Translations under genes and position numbers: made by a program | The notes under the pieces: generated by a model | What the model saw: only the letters and a program-made list of their open reading frames with translations | Database searches by the model: none | Told to the model about the DNA's origin: nothing | In this document: piece by piece, positions 1 to 8,787 of the stretch | Layout: each line of letters opens with the position of its first letter | Numbering within the stretch: position 1 is the stretch's first letter | Assembly (NCBI GenBank): GCA_033549025.1 | Contig: JAWSUS010000004.1 | Span: 64,001-128,000 of the forward strand | Direction: 5' to 3' | DNA length: 64,000 nucleotides | DNA from: Desulfuromonadales bacterium | GTDB taxonomy: Bacteria > Desulfobacterota > Desulfuromonadia > Desulfuromonadales > SZUA-540

Positions 1-30
1 CTGTTTTTCAGGATAGCCGGGTTGCCGAAG
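1..30 (+). ncRNA. 3' end of a GEMM-I (c-di-GMP-I / cGAMP class) riboswitch aptamer, truncated by the window start
   Basis: GGATAGCCGGGTTGCCGAA (11-29) matches the conserved 3' end of GEMM-I aptamers (...AGCCGGGTTGCCGAA). It is followed by an intrinsic terminator and then the operon. The 5' half of the aptamer lies outside the window. Confidence 0.7.
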
Positions 31-72
31 AGATGAGACATGCATCTAGGCACCCGTGCGGGTTTATTGACC

Positions 73-117
73 AAGAGCGCTCTCATCCTCGGAAGATGAG
101 AGCGCTCTTTTGTTTTT
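73..117 (+). terminator. Intrinsic terminator in the operon leader (riboswitch expression platform)
   Basis: Perfect 15-bp stem AAGAGCGCTCTCATC (73-87) / GATGAGAGCGCTCTT (95-109) followed by a T-rich tract (TTTTGTTTTT). Confidence 0.85.
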
Positions 118-159
118 GCGTCTGCAATTTCTTTATTTGAGGCTGGGTACATACTGATC

Positions 160-3100
160 ATGCAGTCAATGCGGGCCGTATTGGAAAATTTGAGCATGTT
201 GGTCGACGCCTTCTCGGGGGATGGTGAGAAGCGTAGAGGGTGTAGATCGGAAACATGCGGGGGTTCTGCGGGCAACCGGGAAGGGCTTCAGGCCGGAACG
301 TCCGGTAAGGTAGAACGGTTCCCTTATCCTCGTTTTCTCAAGGGGTTGATGTCGGTCGGGTTCGCCATCTCTGTTTTTTTCCTGGCGATGGGGGGCTTTT
401 CGCCGGCCATGGCGGGGACGGAATTTTGCTCGGATTACAAAAAAAATCCTGACGACATGATTGCGGTTATCGATGGCAATGACCCCTACGTTCAGGCCAA
501 CCTGCCCAGCAGTTCCTTCGGGATTGACATGAACTGCGAATTTCGCAATTTCTCGATATCAACCATTTGGCCTAACGGCCTGACGCCTACCCTGAACTTT
601 TATACTCCGACCAAAACCGAAATCTATCTGGTTGCCTTTGACAATGTCTGGTTCTCCGGCAATATGGCGTGCGCCAACATCGATCACAAACTGTGGGTGG
701 TCAACTCCGAGGAAGGAGCATTCAGCGGGGCTTGCCAGGATATTATGATCCCGGCAGAAACCATCGACAAGCAGTCGCCTGCGGCCACCGCCAGCGTTGG
801 CGTGCCCTTCACTTATGAGCTCACCCTGCCGTCCATGAATTATCCCGCTGGCACGCCCTCATCCAACGATTTGGGAACGATCACCGTGGTGGATGATCTC
901 GCCGCTACCGGGGCCGATCTGACGCTGGTGAGTCTGAGTGCCTACAATAAAGGGACCGCGACCGCTATTCCGATCACGAATTTTTCCGACAGCACCGATA
1001 CCTATCTGCACTTTGCTTTGCCGAATATTAATGCCGGGGATCAGGTCGTTGTCGAGTTGACGGTCGTTCTCAACGATACGCCAGTCAACCAGACAGGCAG
1101 ACAGTTTACCAATACGGCAAAGTGGTCGTTTTCACGTTGGATCGATCTTGACGAAGATGGTATTCAGGATGCCAATGAATACTTTAATCCGCTGCCGGGC
1201 GAGTCAGGAATTTCGACGACGATGACCATCGTCGCACCGAATCTGGTGGTCAACAAGACAAGCAATACGACAGCCCTGAACGTGGGGGATCCGGCCACCT
1301 TCACCATCGATGTGCAGAACAGCGGGGGCGGCGCGGCCTGGAATGCGACCATCCTCGACCGGATTCCGACCGGCATGTGCGTCAACGACCCTACTGGCGT
1401 CACGCCAGGTCTGGATGCCAAACTCGTTGATGCCGACGGAACCACCTTGGTTAAAGACCTGGTTGCTGGTGCTGACTATACCGCCACCTACGCCGGCTGT
1501 GAACTTAGCCTGACTCTGACCGATAGCGCCCCGATTGCACCGGAACAGCGTCTGATCATCAACTACACGACCCAAATAGATCCCCTTGACAGCCCGGATT
1601 TTCCAGAGGACGGTGCTCTGTTGACGAACATTGCCGGGGCCACTCGCTGGTTCAGCGGGGATAGCGGGCATGAAGGTCGGCAGGAGTTCGTCAGGACACT
1701 TACCGACGGCACTCCGGGTGTGGTGGATTTCCAGGATAGCCAGACCGTCATGGCGGCCATGCATGGCTACTTTTTCGAGAAAACCGTCCAGAATCTGACC
1801 AGCTTGGCCAACCCCGCCACTATCGCGGCACCGGGTGATACTCTCCGCTACCGGCTGCGTGTTTTTAATGTCGATCAGAATATCCAGAGTATCGTCATCG
1901 ATGATTTGCTCGATCTGGACGTCTTCGATCCGTCCAGTTTTGACAATGTGGCGATTACGGCTGGAACTGGATACAACGCCAATTGGAGCTTCGAGCCTGA
2001 CACGGGTCACCTGCAAGTCAGCGGGGCGCCAACGTTAAACGTCGATGTGCATGGCGAACTCGTGGTGCATTTTGACATAACGCTGCGCTCAGATCTCGCC
2101 AACGATACCTCGGTGTCCAACCAGGCCAGTCTGACCGCCATTGATTTCAAGGCGTTAAGCGATGATCCCTACATTAACGGGGTGTCTTCGCCGGATGTGG
2201 CGGGAGACGAAGATCCGACCGTGGTGACAATCCAGACCCCGGGCCCCTTGGCCAAGGCGAATACCCAGACCACCGCTACAATTGGGGAGCGGTTCGAGTA
2301 CACCATCACTGTTCCCGCCATTCCCAGTACGGTGCCGCTCTACGACGTGCAGATTCTGGATACGCTGCCCGACAACCTGAAGTTTGTGAGCGCCCGGGTA
2401 GTTACGAGCGGTGCCTGGACCCTGGACAATATGGGCTCCGGCAACTCTCTGGTGCTGGAAGACCCCGTCACCGGCATCGATATCCCGACCGGAGGCCAGG
2501 CCAAGATTGCCATCACTGTGGAATTGCTGAACGCGAGTACCAACCAGGGAAGCGTGCTCTTCAGCAACAGTGCGACCTACACTTACAACCGGGCCAACGG
2601 TGTCGACAGTACGCAATTGCCCGGGGGCGGAAATGCCACCCCGAACATGACGGTGTTTGAACCACTCCTGGCGGCGGTCAAGACGGCCAGCTTCGCTGCC
2701 CCGGCCGGAAAACCGGCTTCCGATCCTGCCACGGTGGGTGATGTGCTGGAATATCAGGTAAGCATACGCAATAACGGTAAATCGACCGCCTTCGATACCA
2801 ACATTGTCGATACCCTGCCGGCAAATCTGGAGCCGCTCCCGGACTCCGCCACCGCCACAATTAACGGTGTCGCGATCAGTGATTTTGTCGTGAATCCGTC
2901 CACCCCTGCAGGATCGATCCTTGTTTGGGGGCGTGAAAATGGCGACGGCAGTCTCGATATCCCCGCCGGGCAGACCCTGGTGCTCACCTATCAGGTAACA
3001 GTGGTGGACGCCTCCTCGGTGAGTTCCTTCACCAACAGCGCCTATGTGGACTGGACTTCTCTTGACGAGGATTATCCCATAGATCCCTTCGATAATCCCG

Positions 3101-6100
3101 CGCCGGGCCGGGAACGCACCGGCACGGGGTGTGGCACGACCGGGATTGTTCAGCCGAACGACTATTGCAGCGGCCCGGCCAATTTCACGGTATACACGGT
3201 CGACAACACCGCCATCACCAAGTCGGTCTGGGCCGATTCCTATGCCGAGACCCCTGAGAGTACAGCCGATCCCATCCTTCGCGTCGGTGACACCGTTACC
3301 TATGATCTGACCCTTCATCTGCAGGAATATACCACGCGCCAGGTCGTGGTCGAGGACGTGCTGCCGGAGGGGCTGGTGCTGGAGAGCTTTGCGATCCTCG
3401 CTGGGACAAATTTTGCCTACTCGCCGGGGAGCCAGCCTGCGGCCGCGGCCACCGGTACCCTGCGTTGGGAATTCGGCGACATCATCAATACGCCGAACGG
3501 TATTTCGACCGACGATGATCTGGTCATCCGCTACACGGCCAGGGTGGTTATCGACGCGCCGGCCCTGGGGGTAAACTACGACCCCTCCAACCTGCTCGAC
3601 AACCAGGTGAAACTCTTTTATGCCGGTGGTGATCCGGTTGCCTATCCCGCCCGACTGACCGCGACCGCGCGAATTGACGTACGGCAACCCCTGATGACAG
3701 CCCTCAGCAAGACCGGGGCGACGGTCGGTCGCAGTGCCAGCGGCGATGGCTCCAGCGCCAACCCCTATCAGGTCGACATCGCCAACGATGTCATGCAGTT
3801 CCAGCTGCAGTCGTGCAACAACGGGCTGGCACCGGCCTATAACGTGCAGATCACCGACCTGCTCGCCAGCCAACTGGACGAAACCAGGCTGAGCACACCG
3901 GTCGTGACGCTGGGCGGCTCGGTGCTGGCTGCCGGGAGCGACTACACCTACACCCCGCCGAGCGGACGGGGGGGCGCCCTGGAGTTTGGGCTGAATACGC
4001 CAGTCGCGCCGGGCCAGTGCGCCCGGGTAGACTATACGATCGGTTTTTATACTGATCTGACCGCCGGAGAGGACTGGTCCAATCAGGCCAAGGTGACAGA
4101 GTACGAATCGCTGCCTGAAAATGGACGTCTTTATGCATCTACGGAGATGGCGCAGGTCTGGATGACCAATCAGTCCAGTGTTCAGCCGCTGGCAAAGGCC
4201 TTGTTTTCCTCGGCAACGGCGACCATCGGCGAGACCGTCACCTACCAGATCACCGTGCCGGGAACGCCGGTCAATGCCGCGCTCGACAACGTGGTGATTA
4301 CCGACACCCTCGATGCGGCACTGGTCTATGTCGGTGCCAGCGTATCCGCACCCTTTACGATGAACGCGAGTTCGTCCGCGCAGAATGTCAGCCTCGTTAT
4401 TGACCGGATTCCGGCCGGAGAACAGGCCGTCATTACCCTGACCGCCCGTGTCGCCAACAATGCCCAGGCCAATGCCGGTTACAGTTTTACCAATACGGCA
4501 GACTATACCTATACCGATATCCCGGCCGGGGCGGTGACCAGTGGCAGCAGTGCTCCCCTGACCATTGCCGAGCCGGCTGTCACCGTGAACAAGGCGGTCA
4601 CCCCTGACCGTGCGCCCACCGCCGGGGATATCCTGACCTATACGGTACAGATGGCCGCGGCGGCGGGATCTCAGTACTCCAGCGCCTATGATCTGGTTCT
4701 GACTGACTCGCTGGGGGCGGGGCTGGCCTACGTTGCGGGCAGTGCGTCGCTCAACGGCGTGGCAGTCGCTGACCCTGAAATTGACGGACAGGAGCTCTCC
4801 TGGCTTGGCGGCATCGATATCCCCGAGGGCACGACTGCCTCCCTGCTCTATCAGGTGCGCGTCCTCGACAGTGTCGCTATCGGCCAGATTCTGACCAACA
4901 GTGTCACTGCCCGCTGGACCAGCCTTGACGGCTCCAGTGCCGACGAGCGCACAGGCAGCGGCGTCGCCCCTGATGATTACGTGGCCACCGCCAGCACCAC
5001 CCTGGTCGTGGGCGACAGCACCACCTTCGCCAAGGTGCGGGTGAGCGACAGCTATGGCGAGACCGATAACAATGTTCGCATTGGCGATCTGATCGATTAT
5101 GAGTTGCGCTTGGGGCTGCAGGAAGGCACCCATACCGGCATCAGCGTCACTGATCAGCTACCCGTCGGCCTCCAGTATGTCGAAATGGTCAGTGCCACCT
5201 CCTTTGGCACGCCCCTGCTCACTCCCCCGGCTCCGGTCATCAATGGACAGACCCTGTCCTGGGCCTTGGGGTCGGTGACGAATCCCGTGGACGGTGATGC
5301 CAGCAACGATGTCCTGGTGCTCCGGTATCGGGTGCGCGTGTTAAAGGACACTCTGGCCCAGACGCCGGTCAACCAGACCCTGAGCAACAATGCCACCCTG
5401 ACCTACGAAGTGGCCGGAAATACGGTGTCGCGTTCTGGCAGCGCCAGTGTTGTCGCGCTGCAGCCGATGCTGACGGTGGCCAAGAGTGTGGCGCCAGCCG
5501 GCGGGGATACGGTCATCGGCGCCGGGGAAATCCTCACCTACACGGTCAATATCGCCAACAGCGGCGCCGCGCCGGCCTATGACACGATACTCATCGACAC
5601 CTTGCCCCTCGGACTGCGCCAGGGCGAGATCACTGTGTCGGCCATGACGCTGGTCAATAGCGGCAGCAGTCTGCCGCCCCTGGCGCCGAGCTATGAGCCG
5701 GCCACCGGTGTGGCCACCTGGAATTTCGATAGCAACAGCGCAAACACCTACACCATTCCTGCCGGCGAAACCCTGCGCGTCGTCTATACGGTCAGGGCCG
5801 ACGACGATCTCGGTCCTGGGCTGACCCTGACCAACACCGCCCAGGTCACGCTTTACCATTCCTTGGACGACGAAGCGGTGCCCTCGGGCACGACGGTCAA
5901 CGACCGCCAGGTCTACGGTCCCACCAATATGGCACAGCAGACCCTGACTTCACCGGAGCCAGGGGGGCTGCTCAAGGAGAACCCGTCGATTCCGGCTGTC
6001 ACCATCGGGCAGGAGTTCACCTATACCATCACCGTCCCGGCAGTGCCGCAGCCGATCGCCCTGCACGATGTGCGCATTTTCGATGATCTCGGCCTCACCG

Positions 6101-8706
6101 GCGTCGATTTGGGCCTGATCAGCATCAGCAAACTCGCTGGCACGCAACCCTGGAATCCGGTCAATACCGGATCCCCGACCAGTCTGGTGATCGAGGATGT
6201 CGGCGCCGGTATCGAAATTCCGGCCAATGAGCAGATCGTCATCGGGGTGACGGTGCGCCTGAACAATGTTGCTGCCAATAGCGCCGGTCTGACCTTCAGC
6301 AACACCGCCGCCTATACCTATAACCAGGTCGACGGTGATGCCGCGACGCTGAAGGAGGGGGGCAGCAATACCACCGTGGCCCTGCGGGTGGTGGAGCCCG
6401 CGGTGACTGTTCACAAGAGCGTGGTGCCCGAGACTCCTCCCCAAAACGGCGACATCCTGACTTATACCGTCACCTTGACGGCTGCGGCGGGCGCTGATTT
6501 TTCCGATGCCTTTGATACTACCCTGGTCGACATCCTGAGTCCGGAACTGCTCTATGTCAGCGACAGCGCGCGGGTGGGTGGCGTTTCTGTTGAACCGACC
6601 CTGAGCCATGACGGAGTCAACAACCTGCTTACCTGGGGCGGTGGCATTGATGTCGCGGCCGGAACAAGGGTCGATGTCACCTATCAGGTTCGGGTGAGTG
6701 ATACGGCCAATGCCGGCCAGACCCTGACCAACAGCGTGACGGCCCGCTGGAGCAGTCTTGACGGCAGCAGTCCCGACGAGCGCACCGGTAGCGGCGTCCC
6801 CGCCTATAACGATTACGTGGCCACGGCCGCTGCTCCACCGCTGACCATCCCGACTCCGACTCTGACGTTGCAGAAGAGTGTGGACAAGCCGATTGCCAAT
6901 CCCGGCGACCTGCTGCACTACACCCTGGCCATCCACAACCCGACAGCCATTCGGCTGGCCGATTTTTCCCTGATCGACGTGCTGGATCCGACCTTCTTCC
7001 AGACTGGCTCGATCCACATGCTCACCCTTCCCGATGGGGCCACGGCTACGGTCAGCGGCGACACCCTGACCATCACGAATTTGACTGTCACACCGAATGC
7101 CGACCTGACAATCGCGTTCGAGGCGCGCCTGAGAACGGACCTCAAGAGTGGTGCCGTTGTTCTGAACCAGGCGGAATTGCAGGGGCCCTGGCCGACACCT
7201 ATCAAGAGCGATGACCCGAGCGTGGACGGAACGGTGGACCCGACGCAGACCCTTATCCCGGCCGATGGCGTCGTCTATGATGTGGTGGAACGCAAACCGC
7301 TTGCCGGGGTAACGCTCACCATGCGCCTCGCCTCCACCGGGGCTGATCTGCCCGCAAGCTGTTTTGTCGATCCGTCCCAGCAGAACCAGCTGACACCGGC
7401 CGATGGCACCTACAAGTTCGATCTCACCTTTGGCCAGCCCGAATGTCCGGAAGGGGCGGACTATGTCCTTGCCGTCTCGGCGGTGCCCGCGAACTTCGTC
7501 GCGGAGCCTTCCTTGGTTCTGCCGCCTGCCAGCAGTACGGCCTATTCCGTGCCGGTGTGCGCCAACGACGCCATCCCTGACACGGCGCAATGCGAGGCGT
7601 CTGCCTCAGCGGTAGTCCCCACCACGGCGGATGCCACCTACTATCTGCAGCTCACCCTCGATTCAACGGCCAACCAGCTGTTCAATAACCTCATCCCGGT
7701 TGATCCCTATGTCGAGGAAAAGATCTATATCTCCAAGACGACGCCTCAGGTCAATGTCACCCGCGGCCAGCTGGTTCCCTACACGATTACCTTCGTCAAC
7801 ACCCTGCGCAGCACCCTACCTGAGCTGAGCCTGATCGATACGCTGCCCGCCGGCTTCAAATATGTGACCGGTTCTGCCCGGCTTGACGGCACACCGCTTG
7901 AGCCGCTGGTCAGTGGCCGGCAGCTGCAGTGGGACAACCTTGAGGTTGACTATCGGCAAAAGCACACCCTCCAGCTTCTGGCCATCGTGGGTGCCGGTGT
8001 AACCGAAGGCAAGTATGTCAATCAGGCGCAGCTGATCAAAGCCGACACGGGTGGGATCTTCTCTGAAGTGGCCACCGCCACGGTACGCGTCATCCCCGAT
8101 ACGACCTTCGACTGTACCGACGTGATCGGCAAGGTCTTTGACGACCGCAATCTCAACGGCGTTCAGGATGTTGGCGAGCCCGGCCTCTCCGGTGCCCGAC
8201 TGGTCACCGCCCGTGGGCTGATTGCCACCGCCGATGAGCATGGGCGTTTCCACCTGACCTGTGCGGCGGTTCCTGACGAAGACCGTGGCAGCAATTTCAT
8301 TCTTAAGCTGGATGATCGTAGCCTGCCGAGCGGGTATCGCATCACTACGGAAAATCCGCAGGTACAGCGCCTGACGCGCGGCAAAACCGCACGTTTTAAT
8401 TACGGTGCCACTGTTCATCGTGTGGTCAGCCTTGATCTTGCGGAAGGGGTTTTCGAGCCGGAGTCGACCGAAATGCGCCTTCAATGGATCCCAAGGATTG
8501 GCCTTTTGGTCGAAGAGTTGAAAAAAGCGCCTTCAGTCCTGCGGCTGTCGTATCTGGCAGATGTCGAATCGGAAGCGATCGTGCGTCAGCGTCTCAAAAC
8601 GCTCAAGCAGGAAATAGAGCGCCACTGGAAGTTGTCTAAGGGGGGTTACCGCTTGACGATTGAGACCGAAGTATTCTGGCGTCGTGGCGGGCCCATGTCG
8701 CGCTGA
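160..8706 (+). CDS. Giant secreted DUF11 / isopeptide-forming Ig-repeat surface protein (putative adhesin), 2848 aa
   Basis: Hydrophobic signal-like segment at aa ~64-85 (alternative start ATG 349). About 15 repeats begin xxK(S/T)...GD/E..TY and end (F/L)(T/S)N(T/S)A. A carboxypeptidase-regulatory-like segment and an SdrD-B-like segment (GKVFDDRNLNGVQDVGEPGL) lie near the C-terminus. Confidence 0.85.
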   Translation: MQSMRAVLENLSMLVDAFSGDGEKRRGCRSETCGGSAGNREGLQAGTSGKVERFPYPRFLKGLMSVGFAISVFFLAMGGFSPAMAGTEFCSDYKKNPDDMIAVIDGNDPYVQANLPSSSFGIDMNCEFRNFSISTIWPNGLTPTLNFYTPTKTEIYLVAFDNVWFSGNMACANIDHKLWVVNSEEGAFSGACQDIMIPAETIDKQSPAATASVGVPFTYELTLPSMNYPAGTPSSNDLGTITVVDDLAATGADLTLVSLSAYNKGTATAIPITNFSDSTDTYLHFALPNINAGDQVVVELTVVLNDTPVNQTGRQFTNTAKWSFSRWIDLDEDGIQDANEYFNPLPGESGISTTMTIVAPNLVVNKTSNTTALNVGDPATFTIDVQNSGGGAAWNATILDRIPTGMCVNDPTGVTPGLDAKLVDADGTTLVKDLVAGADYTATYAGCELSLTLTDSAPIAPEQRLIINYTTQIDPLDSPDFPEDGALLTNIAGATRWFSGDSGHEGRQEFVRTLTDGTPGVVDFQDSQTVMAAMHGYFFEKTVQNLTSLANPATIAAPGDTLRYRLRVFNVDQNIQSIVIDDLLDLDVFDPSSFDNVAITAGTGYNANWSFEPDTGHLQVSGAPTLNVDVHGELVVHFDITLRSDLANDTSVSNQASLTAIDFKALSDDPYINGVSSPDVAGDEDPTVVTIQTPGPLAKANTQTTATIGERFEYTITVPAIPSTVPLYDVQILDTLPDNLKFVSARVVTSGAWTLDNMGSGNSLVLEDPVTGIDIPTGGQAKIAITVELLNASTNQGSVLFSNSATYTYNRANGVDSTQLPGGGNATPNMTVFEPLLAAVKTASFAAPAGKPASDPATVGDVLEYQVSIRNNGKSTAFDTNIVDTLPANLEPLPDSATATINGVAISDFVVNPSTPAGSILVWGRENGDGSLDIPAGQTLVLTYQVTVVDASSVSSFTNSAYVDWTSLDEDYPIDPFDNPAPGRERTGTGCGTTGIVQPNDYCSGPANFTVYTVDNTAITKSVWADSYAETPESTADPILRVGDTVTYDLTLHLQEYTTRQVVVEDVLPEGLVLESFAILAGTNFAYSPGSQPAAAATGTLRWEFGDIINTPNGISTDDDLVIRYTARVVIDAPALGVNYDPSNLLDNQVKLFYAGGDPVAYPARLTATARIDVRQPLMTALSKTGATVGRSASGDGSSANPYQVDIANDVMQFQLQSCNNGLAPAYNVQITDLLASQLDETRLSTPVVTLGGSVLAAGSDYTYTPPSGRGGALEFGLNTPVAPGQCARVDYTIGFYTDLTAGEDWSNQAKVTEYESLPENGRLYASTEMAQVWMTNQSSVQPLAKALFSSATATIGETVTYQITVPGTPVNAALDNVVITDTLDAALVYVGASVSAPFTMNASSSAQNVSLVIDRIPAGEQAVITLTARVANNAQANAGYSFTNTADYTYTDIPAGAVTSGSSAPLTIAEPAVTVNKAVTPDRAPTAGDILTYTVQMAAAAGSQYSSAYDLVLTDSLGAGLAYVAGSASLNGVAVADPEIDGQELSWLGGIDIPEGTTASLLYQVRVLDSVAIGQILTNSVTARWTSLDGSSADERTGSGVAPDDYVATASTTLVVGDSTTFAKVRVSDSYGETDNNVRIGDLIDYELRLGLQEGTHTGISVTDQLPVGLQYVEMVSATSFGTPLLTPPAPVINGQTLSWALGSVTNPVDGDASNDVLVLRYRVRVLKDTLAQTPVNQTLSNNATLTYEVAGNTVSRSGSASVVALQPMLTVAKSVAPAGGDTVIGAGEILTYTVNIANSGAAPAYDTILIDTLPLGLRQGEITVSAMTLVNSGSSLPPLAPSYEPATGVATWNFDSNSANTYTIPAGETLRVVYTVRADDDLGPGLTLTNTAQVTLYHSLDDEAVPSGTTVNDRQVYGPTNMAQQTLTSPEPGGLLKENPSIPAVTIGQEFTYTITVPAVPQPIALHDVRIFDDLGLTGVDLGLISISKLAGTQPWNPVNTGSPTSLVIEDVGAGIEIPANEQIVIGVTVRLNNVAANSAGLTFSNTAAYTYNQVDGDAATLKEGGSNTTVALRVVEPAVTVHKSVVPETPPQNGDILTYTVTLTAAAGADFSDAFDTTLVDILSPELLYVSDSARVGGVSVEPTLSHDGVNNLLTWGGGIDVAAGTRVDVTYQVRVSDTANAGQTLTNSVTARWSSLDGSSPDERTGSGVPAYNDYVATAAAPPLTIPTPTLTLQKSVDKPIANPGDLLHYTLAIHNPTAIRLADFSLIDVLDPTFFQTGSIHMLTLPDGATATVSGDTLTITNLTVTPNADLTIAFEARLRTDLKSGAVVLNQAELQGPWPTPIKSDDPSVDGTVDPTQTLIPADGVVYDVVERKPLAGVTLTMRLASTGADLPASCFVDPSQQNQLTPADGTYKFDLTFGQPECPEGADYVLAVSAVPANFVAEPSLVLPPASSTAYSVPVCANDAIPDTAQCEASASAVVPTTADATYYLQLTLDSTANQLFNNLIPVDPYVEEKIYISKTTPQVNVTRGQLVPYTITFVNTLRSTLPELSLIDTLPAGFKYVTGSARLDGTPLEPLVSGRQLQWDNLEVDYRQKHTLQLLAIVGAGVTEGKYVNQAQLIKADTGGIFSEVATATVRVIPDTTFDCTDVIGKVFDDRNLNGVQDVGEPGLSGARLVTARGLIATADEHGRFHLTCAAVPDEDRGSNFILKLDDRSLPSGYRITTENPQVQRLTRGKTARFNYGATVHRVVSLDLAEGVFEPESTEMRLQWIPRIGLLVEELKKAPSVLRLSYLADVESEAIVRQRLKTLKQEIERHWKLSKGGYRLTIETEVFWRRGGPMSR

Positions 8707-8787
8707 ACCGGGCGTCATGGTGCCGGCTCCTGAGACAGGATCGGGTGCAATGGGATGTACATGCCTCTTAAGCATAGATGGAATTAA

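Noticed and set aside
2155..5133. 992-aa minus-strand ORF, and similar long antisense ORFs at 5950-7590, 10402-13071, 33462-35045, 35048-36499, 37854-39554 and 45251-47416
   Set aside because: Antisense shadows of well-supported genes in high-GC sequence; no motifs or RBS, and composition reflects reverse-complement codon bias.
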